Notes under the pieces: generated by a model
Told to the model about the DNA's origin: nothing
Databases searched by the model: none
Seen by the model: the letters and a program-made list of their open reading frames with translations, nothing else
Assembly (NCBI GenBank): GCA_964016885.1
Contig: OZ024743.1
Span: 280,736,001 to 280,800,000, forward strand
Length of the DNA: 64,000 nucleotides
DNA from: Eledone cirrhosa
Taxonomy: Eukaryota
Reading direction: 5' to 3'
Part shown: positions 51,226 to 64,000 of the stretch, piece by piece
Position numbering within the stretch: the stretch's first letter is position 1
Layout: each line of letters opens with the position of its first letter
Program-made: the position numbers and the translations under genes

Positions 51226-54200
51226 GTTCTTTGAGTCTCAGTCATTGATGTTAGTTAACTGGAAAGTGTGTTGAAATGAATATCAAGCCACTACCTGCAG
51301 CCTCAGATATTCAGGACGTATCGGAGGATTCTTGCTGTTCCCAACAAGCATGCCTTTTGAAGCGTTCCAAAAAGCGTGGCGGGGCCAATTTTCTTTAACC
51401 ATCCCTGGAAACTTTTTGAGATAGTACCTAGTGCGTCTATGACAATCGGGACCACTTTGACTTCATGGCAGTTCCAAATCCTTTTTACCTCCCACTTTAA
51501 GTCCTGGTATCGGTTAATTTTCTCCCTCTCCTTCTCTTGCACTCTCGTGTCGAATGGGCAGGCCACATCCACAATCAGGCACGATCTTTTCTCCTTGTCC
51601 AAAACCACCAGGTCAGGTCTATTGTGTTCCAGTTTCTTATCCGTATGTATCCTAAAATCCCACAGCACCTTCACCTGATCGTTTTCTATCACCGACTCTG
51701 GCTTATGCTCATACCACTTCTCAGAATGTGGTAAATTGTTTACTTTGCATAGGTGCCAGTGGATCACCCTGCCCATCACATCATGTCTCCAGCCCTTATA
51801 GTGAGTCTGGGCTAGGTGTTTACACTCGGATACAATGTGAGCCACAGTCTCCTCTCTCTCTCCACAGATCCTGCACAGTGGGATAGCCTCCTCCTTGTAA
51901 ATATGGTGTTTCAACCACTTCGTTTTGAGGGCCTGCTCTTGCGCAGCCATTAGCATTCCATCTGTAGCTTTTTTAAGGTCTCCTCTTTTCAACCAGTTCC
52001 ATGTCTGTGGATCTCTGAATTCAGTTTTCTCAAAGAAGGTACTATGAAGGAATTTTTCATGAAGGCTGCTCTTTCTCCTTGTTGTTATTTCCTCCTTGGA
52101 CATCCCCTGGTCTATTGTCCTCTCCTTCAGTACAATTCTGAGCATTGTCTCCTTACTCTCCGATGTATTCAGATCTTATCAATTCCTTCATTTTTTTGTT
52201 CTTGATGTCATCAGCCTCCAGAACACCCAAATACTTGTATCCTTCTTCAGTGTCAATTTCCTTTATCATCTCACCTGTTGGTACCTGGATTCCGTTGCTT
52301 CAGCTCAATTTACCCCTCTTCATCACAAGGACTCCACACCTACTAATACCAAATTGCATACATATATCATTGCTGAAAATACGGACAGTATCAACAAGCA
52401 CATCCAACTCCTTCTCACTCTTCCCGAAGAGCTTAAGATCGTCCATGAAAAGGAGGTGATTGATGGTAAGCTATCCCTTTCCCAACTTGTATCCTGCTCT
52501 CACTTTTCGCAGTATAATGGTCAGGGGCATCAGGGCAAGGACAAACAACAGAGAGGACAGACTATCTCCCTGGATGATATCTCTCCTGATCGTCACGCCT
52601 CCCAAGGATTCTCCAGCTGATGATAACTCTGTTTTCCAGGACTTCATACTTTTGCCCAACAACTGTCTGACGTTATCTGCCACCTGTCATCTCTAAGCTT
52701 TTGGTGATCCAAGAATGAGGCACCATGTCAAATGCCTTTTTGTAGTCTATCCATACCATGGCAAGACCTGTGTGTCTCCTCTTGCAATTCCTCATTACCA
52801 TCTTATCAATAAGTAACTGGTCCTTTGTACCACGGGACTTCTTTCGGCATCCTTTCTGTTCGTCCGGTAACAAGTTGTTTGTGTGGAGGTGATGGTAGAT
52901 TTCCTCAGACATAATGCTTGTCAATAGTTTCCACATTACGGACAGACATGTGATAGGTCTATAGTTGGTAACATCATTACCCTTGATTCGGTCTTTCATT
53001 ACCAGAACTGTGGTACCTTTTGTCAACCACTCTGGTACCTCACCTGACATCAAGCAGTCATTGAACATGGTTGTCAGTTTCGGGTGGAGGGATGTTATAT
53101 TTTTAATCCAATACCCCTGCACACCATCTGGGCCTGGTGATTTCCAGTTGGTTAGTTTTTTGGCCTGCCCCTTAAGAGTTTCAACTGTGATACTCAAATC
53201 AGTCTGTTGGTGTGCCTGTTCACTAATCTCCTTTTGTACTGTCTCAATCCACACTGCCTGGTCATTATGTTTAACATCCTGCTCCCATATTCCTCTCCAG
53301 AATGTATAGTTTGCTCCGCCTCAGGGATCAAGTCGTTGCCTCTTTCTTTCCCTTCAAGCTGTCCAAACAGCATCTTCTGGTTGTTGTCAAACATGCGGTT
53401 CTGTCTATACTGACTGACTCTGCTCTCGTATCGCCTAATTTTTGCACTCTTTGCTACAATGCGTTGCTTCAATTCCTCTATGATAATATTTAGCTTTTTC
53501 CTCCTAGTTTTGTACTTTATTTCCAGTCTATTTTTAGTGTCTATGTTTTTTAATGTCCCATTCAGTAGGGACTCAAGCTTTCCAATGTCATTTCTCATTT
53601 CCCTGATTTGACCATTCAGTCGTTTCTTCCACCAAGGTTCTGATCTTTCTTGTTTGTTGTTTCCTCTCGCTTTTATGCCAAGTAATTTCATCACCGCATT
53701 TGCTGTTGCTTTGAGGATATTGTTGCACTGGTGAAGGCTCCTCGCCTCAAGGTATGGGAGGACTTTGTTTACCTTAGCTGTTGTTTCTTTTAACTTTTTC
53801 CTGTCTACAAATCTTAGGTTCATAGGTTTCCCACTATCATTGTTCAATTCATCTACCACTAAGTTTAGGATATCAACCAAATCTTGTCCTAGCCCGTTAG
53901 CATTCATCTCCTCAATGGCCGTATCTCTGTTCCAGGTATTATTTATTTCAGCATTCAGATCATTGTCTGCTTCGGATGGTTCTTCCGTTCTCTCAACCTC
54001 TTCACCTTCATTTCCCACTGGCTCGTTTGCCTGGCATAATCCACTCTCCATTTCCAACCTAATCTCTCTGCTCAGTTCCTCCAGTTCCAGCTCGCTTATC
54101 CACCCATTAGTTCTTATTACCCGAGCCTGCCCGGCCAATTTTTGTTCATCTAATTTAAATAGACCAATCTCGTTCCAGATGTTATGCATCCGTTTCTTAT

Positions 54201-54492
54201 AGCCTTTCTCCTTGGGGTTACTCTTCAGGTAGCATTGCATAACAGTTCTATTCAATTCTTTCGTCCAGTTGGTTCTGATCCCTTTCCTTCTTCTTCTTCC
54301 TCCGACACCAGCAGTATTTGGTTGACAGCCAGGTCCCTGCTGCTGAGCCAGGGAGCACCTGCTGGTTGAGAGTCTGTCACATGGCATTCCAGTCTCCACT
54401 TCACCGTTATTCGAACTGTTTAGGTTCGACATTTAAACACTCTTATCGAGGATTGGTGAATGTATGGTTACATAACCACCGGTGATTTCGTC

Positions 54493-54493
<1 letters not shown>
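51226..54493 (-). mobile_element. Full-length, frameshifted R4/Dong-like non-LTR retrotransposon (RT plus restriction-like endonuclease)
   Basis: ORF fragments 54432-53194, 53254-52673, 52683-52471 and 52145-51303 carry KSPGPDG, YRPITCL, DYKKAFD.VPH, QGDSLS, HLLFMDD (~52440), CRICGEREETVAHIVSEC, RHD, RPDLVV..IVDVACP, EK..RY.DL and LQKACLLGTARI. (ATT)n on both flanks. Confidence 0.92.

Positions 54494-54537
<44 letters not shown>
54494..54537. repeat. (ATT)n tract shared by the 5' ends of the two LINEs
   Basis: Direct reading; further (ATT)n at 51178-51225 and 60372-60431. Confidence 0.95.
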
Positions 54538-54743
54538 GGTCTAAGCGGACGTATTTTGCTCGCTCACAGTAAGTCGCTTTATTTGCCTGTTTAAATTATT
54601 TGTTGTTAAATATTTATTGTTGTGTAAGGGATATAAGCCCTTAGACTTTGCCCGTAAAGGGGAAAGTATAATATTTGGGCCTTTTGGCCCAAATATTTGA
54701 ACTTATTTTTTACATGTTAAAAAATTTACGAAGAAAAAATAAC

Positions 54744-56650
54744 ATGGCTGAGCCACGCCCCCCAGCGATATGTCGGCTGTCGTGCGACAACGACGTAGAA
54801 ATTGAGAGGAGCGCTACAGCGAAATTAACACACATTGATAACACAAACACCACCACAAACAAGGTAAACAAAGACACCAATGATACAAATAAGAACTCTA
54901 ATTTTGAAAAAAATGACAGTAACAGCGACAACGAAAATACAGATAACAAAAAAAAAATAACAAATACAACAACAATATCAACACCACTAACATGAAAACA
55001 AATAGCGACAACACCAACAGCAACAATACCAACTGCACCGAGAACAACGGTGGCAACAAAGACAACAATGATAACAGCGACAGTGCTAACAACAACACCA
55101 ACAAGAACAACGTCAACAACACCCCCAACGAAAACAAGACCACTTTCGCTGCGGCAGCAGCAAAAAAGAGGCCATGCTTCAACATGGACCTCTCAAACAA
55201 AGATGAAAAGTTGGCCCAGGCATGGAAGCTCATCAAGCAAGAGCAAACTTGGGCCATCTTAACTGTCCCGGTAGAAGGTATTGAGGCAGTGGAGCGCAAA
55301 ACGGTGCATTATAGATGCATCTCAGCACAAACCAAAAGGGCAGCGTTAATCCCACAAGAAGATGTCGAAGTCGCGCTGAGGTGCATCAGAGAAGACACCC
55401 AGTACATAGAGAGGGGAAGACAGTACGGCACCATTTCGGTGTTGTTCAAGTCAGAAGCCCTCGTTATGAAACACGCTATGACTCCTTGCAAAACCAGCAA
55501 GGTCATAATGTACCCCCTCCCACATGGGAAAAAGAACGGCCCGTCTCCGCATTCCCAGAATCCCACCAGGACTTGACATGTGGTGGCCAGAGAGGACTGG
55601 TCCGGGTTGACCTGGAGATCCTTCTCCAGATCAGGCCCGAGAATGTGAAGACAATCCCAGACCACATCCGCCTTCAGAATGGGACTGTCATTCACATTAT
55701 GACCGAAGTCAAAAGGCCGCAGTGTTTTGTTTGTGGGGAAAAAACCCATTTGCGAGCCTTCTGTCCTCAACTGCTGAAAGAGGCAAGGAGTCGAAAGGCT
55801 CCACTGCTGCCGACGCCGGGGCGAGGACCACAACCAACACCTGCACCGGCAAAACCACCAACAACAACACCAATAGAAAGACCACCACCAACATTGACCA
55901 CCCAGGGGGGAAACGAGGAAAGCTGTCAAATTCCCCCTCCCCCCCAAAATACACACACCAATAAAACCTTAAACATACATACAGACACACTTACAGAAAC
56001 AGACCCCTCATCTACCAGTAGTTAAAATGAGGGAAATCCAAAATCCCCCAAAATACAAAAAAGGAAACACAAAAAGAAAAAAAAAACTCAACAAAGCACA
56101 AAAGCACCCACAATAAAAAAAAAAACGCAGACACCACCCACGCAAACATTTCTCCAATAACACCAACATCAACACCACCATCACCATCACCAGAATCTCC
56201 CAAACGCAAACAACCGAAACAGACGTAAGAAAAAATATTCTGAAACCACAGACATCGCACTCACAACAAACACAGATACAACCGAAACAACACCACCAAA
56301 ACCATCACCACCACAGCCACGCAAACAAATAAAATCACACCAACAAAACATACAAAACTTCGTGCTCGTCAGGAGGGCCAACAAGGAACTGATGGCCCTC
56401 GTAGCACGAAGTGAAAATATACAAAAAGAGGGGGTAATGTTTAAATCGAGCACATTTCGCGTGCCGGAAGATTTGGTTCTGGTGCGAATGTCGCTCGACA
56501 TATTCAAAGAAATACGAGACAGCTTTCTCAGGACGTGGGAACCCCGAACGTAAAACCCACTTCAAGACTTTTAAAGGGGTTCCCAAAAGAAACCCCACTA
56601 ACTATGGAGGTCGAACAACCCGACCTTCACAAGAGCCCGGAAGGTAAGTA
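54744..56650 (+). pseudogene. LINE ORF1 (gag-like; Asn/Thr-rich N-terminus, CCHC zinc knuckle), frameshifted
   Basis: MAEPRPP start; CFVCGEKTHLRAFC (CX2CX4HX4C) near 55722; Pro/Thr/Lys-rich tail; broken at A-runs. Confidence 0.75.
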
Positions 56651-56682
56651 AACCTTCCTCTCTCTCTGTTTAACCTGCCAAC

Positions 56683-59600
56683 ATGGCCGTATTAAGAGTA
56701 GGATGTTTAAATGTTCGAGGCCTGGGATCGTCCTGGAAGCAGGGTCACCTTCTCAACGACCTCAGGTCTATAGAAATGGATGTAATTGCAGTCAGCGAGA
56801 CCAGGATTTCCGACACGCGCGCACTAGCCCCCATTTTCGACGACTATCAGATCTTTGCATCTGTTAGCCAGCCGGGAATGGGAGGCGGGGTGGCAGTGCT
56901 GTTTAGGAAAGGCCTGGATCTCGAGGTAAGGTCGATCTTCCGGGACCCGGACGGGAAGTTTGTGGTCCTGGACGTGAACAAAAATGAAGGTGGTGCCTTT
57001 AGACTGGTGGCCGTCTATGCTACCACTGGGGAAGGACGGCCGGACTTCTTTAGACGCCTGGAAGCCTTTCTGGGTACGTCTCTCCCTTTACTGTTAGCGG
57101 AGGACTGGAACGGCATCTTAGACGCACGCTGGGACTGTGTGGAAGTATCCGATAGGAGCAGGGGGTGCAAAAGCCTCAAGAAACTGATCAGCCAGTTCAA
57201 ACTGTCTGACAGGTACCGACTAGATTTCCCTAATGCGCCAGTGTGGACCTGGGCTAACCGCATAGGGTCATCTAGATCGTATATATACAGGATATTCATT
57301 AGGAAAATAGACAGAAATAGTGTAAGCTGTCCACGTTTTGAAACGGTCACCTATTCAGATCACAAGTTTGTGATCTGAATGGTCGACCTAGATAAGACGC
57401 GTAGGTTAGGACCTGGTTACTGGAAGCTAAACATGTCATTTCCGGCACGTAAGGCTTACAGGAACCAGGTCAAAAATTTAGTTAAGAAAAAGTTGACAGG
57501 GGGAGTCGTCAACAATAGATGGTGGGGGGCTCTCAAAAGAGAGATTAGAGTAATGTCGATAGAGTTTAGCAAAGAAGTAGCGTTAGAGAAAAATAGAAAG
57601 GAGGGGGAGTTGGTAGATAAGTTAGACGAGGCTATTGGTAGTGGCATTGCAACTGACGTGCTAGCGGCGAGAATGGCATTAGACCATTTCTTCAATGCGA
57701 AACACGAAGGTTGCATTGTCAGAGCTAAGGCGCGTGCTCTGAGAAACGCGGGAACTAAAGCTGTTCGATGGGCCCACGTGGCAGAGCGCAGCGTGGTAAT
57801 AAAACCACGATTCGGTCTTTGACGGACCGAGACGGACGCGAGCTGAGCGATTCCAAGAGATGTGTGAGGCCTTTCGCCAACATTTTGCTCGGTTGTTCGG
57901 GGGAAGTGGCGGTTCAGATATGGTGGCGGACTTCAGTCCCTACTTCGATGACTTGCCGCAACTCTCGACGGCTGACGCTGGGCGCTGCGAAAGGCCAATT
58001 ACTTCAGCCGAGATTCACGATGCCCTTGTAGGCTGCATGAGGCGCAAGTCACCCGGTTTGGATGGTCTGCCCTACGAGCTTTACGTAAATATGCCAGATT
58101 GTTCTCCAATCTCCTCGAAGCCCTCTACTGCAACTGGCAGCAAAACGGAATATTCCCAGTTCTGTGAGCCGGGGCGTAGTGACGCTGATAAGGAAAGACG
58201 AGAACAAGAGGGAAACATTAGACAATTTCAGGCCCATAACTCTGCTCAACGCAGAGTTTAAGATTTTGGCCAGGGTGTTAGCGAAGAGGTTGGCGCTTGT
58301 CGTCGGGGATTTGGTTGGGGAGGCACAAACTTGCGCAATCCCAATCAGGTCCATACACGACAACCTCCACCTAATGCGATACATCATAGAGAGGGTAGGG
58401 TGTAAACATGGCTTTGGTGGGGCTCTGATCAATTTGGATCAATCGAAAGCATTCGATAGGGTCGACCATCGGTACCTGGAGGCTGTCCTCAAGGCGGCTG
58501 GCTTCGGCCCCGTCTTCAGAAGCTGGATCGCTGAAATGCACAGCGGCACCTGCTCGATGGTCAAAATTAATGGCCACCTCTCGGAACCGTTTCAGGTCTC
58601 CCGATCGGTCCGTCAAGGGTGCCCTCACTCCTCCCTTCTGTACGTATTGACTCTCGAGCCTTTACTGCGGAAGCTGGAGCTGTTACAGAGCATCCCGCTC
58701 GAACCGGGACGCGGAAAGGCTGTGTCGGCTTATGCGGACGACATCACCGTGATGGTGTCGGACACCTCAGAAATCGAGGTGGTCGGCATCTTATTGGAGG
58801 AATATGAAAGGTTGACGGGAGCAAAACTTAACCCGGAAAAGTCAGTAGGCTTGCAACTCGGCACCTGGAGAGGCAAGTCCATGCTGTCCAACAGCATCGT
58901 TAGGCGCTGGACGGACGGACCGGTAAAGTTGATAGGGGTTTGGTTCTGGCCAGACCTCCAGGTGGATAAGAATTGGAACGAGGTGACGGGCAGGGTAGTC
59001 AGTCTCACCCACAAATGGGCTGGATGAAGCTATCACTGAAAGGTCGGGCGGAGGTGGCAAACGCGTACATCGCGTCCGTCATCTACTACCGTCTGACTGT
59101 CGTCCCTTGCCGCCGTTCGCGCCTCGCCATCTTGGAGCGGCTCCGCTTCAAATTCTTGTGGAGGGGTCAGGTTCCGCTAGTGAGGCGGTCCATCTGCTGC
59201 CAGCACCCTCTACGTGGAGGGCTGGGCATGATGGTGGCTAATGATGCGCAGGCACGCGCTGAGGCTGCGGCATCTCCAGATATTCTGCCTAAACGGTGAA
59301 CAGGTGTGGTCGCCGTTTGTCAGACGGGCCCTTCCGCAGCTCGTTTCTTTGACTGAGTTGCAGTCCTGGGTCAAGAAGAGACCGAGACTGGGTGACTGGC
59401 ATCTGGAATGTTGCCAGGAACTCACTGCCCTCTACCAAGCGGGCAATGCGGTCAGTGGAACTTCCACTCTCGAGTTCTATAGAGGATTAGTGGTGGGCAA
59501 GTGCGACGACGCACTCGGAGAGGCTCTGGGAGTCAACGAAGTCGAACTAACCAGTCTGTACCGGAGGACTTTCGAGCCGGGGACGATGGATAATTTACAA

Positions 59601-60103
59601 AAATCCCTCGCTTGGCAGTGCTACCGGGGGGAGGGGGGGCACTGCCGGTTCGAGATAAACTCTACAGGAACGGAAGTGCTGTCAGACGGACCTGCCCGAG
59701 ATGCGCGCAGAGCGACGAAACCGTTCTGCACGCACTCGTCCAGTGTCCGTGCATTATTGACTTGTGGAGTTATGTTGAACAGCTGTTGTCGCGTGTAGAA
59801 CGAATACGGCTATAGGCCGAGTCCATAGTGAAGATCGACCCGCCCCCTTCTTTTGGCCAGGAAGGGCAGGCAATTTTCCTCTGTCTGGTGGCAGTAGCGA
59901 AAGAGGTTGTATGGTGGACGAGGTTGAAAGGACTGAAGACAGACACTTTTCTCTTCGGCCAATCCCTCATCAACTTTTTCAAGTTTCACTTGGAAAGGAA
60001 GGTGAGGGTGGAGAGAGAAGTGCTGCCCCCCAGTACATTTGCTGAAAGGTGGGTGAATGTGGCGAGAATGGCCTACTCTGGTCATGCGGCTGTAGGTAGG
60101 TAA
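56683..60103 (+). pseudogene. LINE ORF2 (APE endonuclease, RT, CCHC finger), disrupted
   Basis: LNVRGL, DVIAVSET, GVAVL, VYA, DWN, SDH, GPGYWKLN, KSPGLDGLPYE, FRPITLLN, LDQSKAFDRVDH, VRQGCP, YADD and CPRCAQSDETVLHALVQC, with several stops and frameshifts. Confidence 0.93.
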
Positions 60104-60369
60104 ATTTGAAGAGGAGAGGGGTGCCCTTCCAGGGTGCTCTCGAAGCGTCGGGTCGTTCAGGACTGGTGGGGTACCTGAGCGAACCCTAGGTGGTCATCCC
60201 CCCTATTGGGGAATTTTTTTCTTGTTGTAATTTTATTGTTACTTTACTGTAACTTTGTTATTGTTACTTTGTTTATTCATATTGTTTACTCGATTTTTCT
60301 GTAAAACTCCACTGTCCCAGTCTTTTGTATTGTCCCCTATATGTCGGCCCTTGTGGCTAATAAATGAAA

Positions 60370-60431
<62 letters not shown>

Positions 60432-60639
60432 GTTAAGTAGTGATAGAGATATGAGATATAAGGCGAGACAGGGGGAAAAATAGTGTCATTTATTCTGGAA
60501 AGACTGCAAAAACAATCTAGAATGTATATTCATAGCTATACAGTTCGTGTTTCTGTATATATTTGGTATATTTTGATAATAAAATAGCAGTACACGCACA
60601 TGCACGCGAGCATATATATGTACACACACACACGCGCGC

Positions 60640-60726
<87 letters not shown>

Positions 60727-60837
60727 TATATATATATATATATATATGTATGTAAAAGGTAAACAGAAATAACAACACAATCGGTACAATATCTGGAAGG
60801 TATATATTAGGTTAACGCTTGATATAGCAGGAAGAGG

Positions 60838-60873
60838 TCTTAACGTTTCGGACGCTAGTCCTTCATCAGAAGA
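60838..60873 (-). ncRNA. Minimal type I hammerhead motif typical of Penelope pLTRs
   Basis: Minus strand: TCTT-CTGATGA-a-GGAC-tagc-GTCC-GAAA-CG-TT-AAGA, with palindromic stem III AACGTT. Confidence 0.78.
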
Positions 60874-61109
60874 AAGAATGAGAAATAAAATAGATTGAGG
60901 GGACGGGCGGCATGGAATTGGAAAAAATGTCTTTAGATAAAAATAACAGGTCCATTCATGTTGACATCTCTTGCAAAACTGTTGGTGTTGGCGTTTTGTG
61001 TATGATTTGTTTTTTAGAAAAGTGGATGATGGCACGTGTCTACCTGAAATGGAAAAAAAACGTTTTGAGCACGTGCGTAAGTATGAGTTAGTGTGTGTGT
61101 GTGTGCGTG

Positions 61110-61144
<35 letters not shown>

Positions 61145-61299
61145 GTTATTATAGGTCCGTACGAAGCTAAGAAGAAATGTGTGTGTATATGTGAGTAAAA
61201 GAGTGTGTGTGCATGCAAGTACGAAGATATGAGCAAAAGTATGTTAATATATGGGTGTGTATCGGCATGCATTTGTAGTAAGAGAAGATGCTAATGATC

Positions 61300-61674
61300 A
61301 AGAGAAAGCGATAGGAATCAACCACGACCTTTAAATCGCGGATGTATAATCGCACGAATTCCTTCAGGGACCGTAGCAAAAGGCACTCCACTAGGTTAGC
61401 GGACCTCGTGTGGGACATGAAAGACCACGGCACCCCATACGCCCTGGAATGGAGTATCGTTCTCCACGCGCGTGCATATTCGGCCGGAAGTAGAAGGTGC
61501 CGACTGTGCCTACACGAGGCCATGGAGATAGTCAGACTGAAGGATGACGCCGTCAGCCTGAAGTCTGAAATTATCATGACATGCAGACACCAGAGAAGAT
61601 GCACTTTTGCAGCATGGAATCCGCCGGGTGACGCAGCCAGGGGGCACGAGAATGAGAACGTACAGACCCGATAG
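61300..61674 (+). pseudogene. C-terminal GIY-YIG endonuclease fragment of a Penelope-like element
   Basis: TTFKSRMYNRTNSFR...STRLADLVWDMK...WSIV...Y...RCRLCLHEAMEI...LKSEIIMTCRH matches the FKxRxxxHxxSF...CxLCxxE...SE...CRH pattern; 5'-truncated. Confidence 0.78.
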
Positions 61675-63017
61675 GCCTAGCGGGATTAGGGGACCTGACA
61701 ACATACCATGATGACGACGTCCGACCCACGGGGAAATCATATGTAGACCGGGTGCGCACGTGACCGGGCACGCAACATTGGAAGATGCACCGCATGGGCC
61801 GGGACCGGCTGACATGGGGCCCACTGCCGCCCGGACCTGTGCACTAAACGTTTAGAACAACACACCGCAGCCACGGTGCCATGCCCCATGGCGACCGTGG
61901 CGTGACTCACATTGAATGTGTACACCGTCAATCGTGACTATATACTCTACACCTACCCCACTTTGGAATAGTGATTGTTAATATTGTTATATCATTCTTT
62001 TGTTACTGTTACCTGTTGTATACACGGACACGAGACTGCATCTCATAATACAGGTGTGTAGTACGTCACATGGACGCACGCACCTTCTCATATACATCCC
62101 CGCCCCCCGTTTTTTTTCGTTTTTTTTTTCTTTTTTCTTTTTTTTCTCTTTTATTTTACCCGTTCCTTTATTTTACCCCTTCTTTTCCTGTACCTTTATG
62201 CAGTTACATACAGTTTTAATGTACCCTAAAATATTGTAAATTTATTTACATATTTTATTTTATTATCATATTGTGTTTATGTTCACGAGTTTTTTTTATG
62301 TGTGGACACAGGTGTGTGGGTATATGTGCGTGTGTGTGTGTAGATGCGTATGTATGTGTATATATATATGCGTGGGTGGGTGTTGGCGTGTGTGTGTGTA
62401 GATGCGTATGTATGTGTATATATATATGCGTGGGTGGGTGTTGGCGTGTGTGTATGGGCTTGGGTGCGTGGGTGCACGAGCTTATGCGTGCCTGTATGTG
62501 CAGACATGTGCATATATATACATATGTGGCAGAATGTGGGTGTATGTGTGAGCGGGGGAGTATACGTGTGTCTATATTTGAGCATATATATATGTATACA
62601 TATATATATATATATATGTCTATATGTGTATGAGTGAGTAAGTACGTATAGCCACATATGAGTAGGTGTGTGTGGGTGCGGGCGGGTAAGTGTGTTTATA
62701 TATGTGTGTATGGGTGTGTATATGTGGATGTGTGTGTAGGTGCAGGTGCATGCATTTACGGGCCTCTATATGTGTGTATATGTATTTCTGCATACATGTA
62801 TGTGTTCATGTGCATCTCTTGGGAATGTGTGCGGATGTTTATATATGGACTATATGTTTTTTTTTCATTATTATTATTATTATTCGTGTTGTATTATTTT
62901 ATCACATACCCTCTATACATACCCGTATATATGCGTATATGTACGTATGAGTCTGTGTACGTGTGCGTCTGTGTATGTGTGTGTGTGCGTGTGTGTGTAT
63001 ATGTGTATAATAGGGGG

Positions 63018-63101
<84 letters not shown>

Positions 63102-63170
63102 ATGTAAATATATACCACATTGTATATAATATATTTCTTGTATATTTTTCTTATGTTATTACACTGCTTT

Positions 63171-63253
63171 GCCTTTCATCCTTACAGGGTCGATAAAATA
63201 AAGTACCAGTAATGCACTGGGTAATTGCTGGCCTTGTGCCAAAAGTAGAAACA
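63171..63253 (+). mobile_element. 3' half of the SINE with a 16-bp target site duplication
   Basis: GCCTTTCATCCTTACAGGGTCGATAAAATAAAGTACCAG...AGAAACA flanked by GTTATTACACTGCTTT at 63155-63170 and 63254-63269. Confidence 0.85.
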
Positions 63254-63632
63254 GTTATTACACTGCTTTATGTTATTACACTGCTTTATGTTATTATACT
63301 GTTTTATGTTATACTGTTTTTTATTGCATAACGTATTTCAAACTGTTCACTTACTGGTGTGTTTATATATGTACATGTATATGCGGTGGCACTTCTGTGT
63401 GTGTAGGCAGATGTGCATGCGTGCAGGTGTATACATGCGGCAGATGTATGTATATCGGCCTATGGGTGGGTATTTCTATGTATATGTGTGGATGTACGTA
63501 TGCATGTTAAGTTGTCCTTTTTCCTTTTTTGTGTGTATGTATGTGTATATATATATATATATGTGTGTGTGTGTATATATATATATGTATATATATACAT
63601 ATAGTTATCTAATGAACAACATAAGATAATTA

Positions 63633-63693
63633 TTTCGTTTACCAGTGGTTTCTTGAAAGCAAACGATATTTGCTTTCATTCATCAGAATGAAA
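63633..63693 (-). ncRNA. Type I hammerhead motif with a 10-bp stem II
   Basis: Minus strand: TTTCATT-CTGATGA-a-TGAAAGCAAA-tatcg-TTTGCTTTCA-a-GAAA-CC-ACT-GG-TA-AACGAAA. Confidence 0.68.
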
Positions 63694-64000
63694 AAATCCT
63701 AAGTGTGTATATATATGTGTATACGCAGGTGTGTATATATGTATGTATGTGAATGTATGTGTGTATGTATGAGCGTGTGTATATTTATATATATATATAT
63801 TTAATACAATAACAGAGAAAGCTTTAAGCTAAACTCTATATATATACATTTAAATATATATATATAGATATATAGATATTTAAATGTATAGAAGGTTGGC
63901 CGTATATGTGTGTGTGCGCGCATGTGTATGTATATATGTGTATGTTTGAATAGGACATGCTTACCCAATTGATACAGAACAGTCAGAAGGCTCGTGGCGG

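Larger units (their letters stand above)
54538..60431 (+). mobile_element. Full-length, decayed L1/Tx1-clade LINE (~5.8 kb) with (ATT)n tail
   Basis: Short 5' UTR, ORF1 and ORF2 remnants, AATAAA at 60359, then (ATT)n. Confidence 0.92.

Noticed and set aside
51303-60103. Antisense ORFs overlapping the LINEs, or programmed frameshifting in them
   Set aside because: Shadow frames without motifs; multiple scattered stops and indels indicate decay or sequencing error.
60486-63629. ORFs of poly-YI, poly-CV or poly-HT (also 33.2, 39.1, 44.7 and 50 kb)
   Set aside because: Translations of (TA)n, (GT)n and trinucleotide microsatellites.

Overview
Eukaryotic, AT-rich, microsatellite-dense DNA with no confidently identifiable host gene. 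The SINE family and composition suggest an octopod cephalopod, but this is inference. Bases 1-33266 are a 35-bp satellite (~950 monomers) with nested higher-order duplications; its His/Thr/Pro-rich ORFs are artefacts. A 48-bp inverted copy of the monomer lies at 38773-38820. The most notable structure is 34525-38660: a near-identical 310-bp unit carrying a type I hammerhead ribozyme motif, in 8.7 copies one way and 4.6 copies the other, forming a head-to-head palindrome inserted in (TA)n. It resembles a non-LTR retrozyme or Penelope pLTR multimer. Several other unrelated hammerhead-like motifs (38.9, 42.0, 44.5, 45.2/49.8, 49.3, 60.8, 63.6 kb, plus a 3' half at 33.5 kb) lie mostly in or near (TA)n tracts, often in the same head-to-head geometry, and a Penelope GIY-YIG fragment is present. 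Other elements: a twin-primed 5'-inverted RTE-type LINE, tRNA-derived SINEs, a hAT MITE with an empty-site paralog, a non-autonomous Helitron, and full-length but decayed R4/Dong-like and Tx1/L1-like LINEs lying head-to-head in one (ATT)n tract. All calls were made by eye, with no database searches or folding software.
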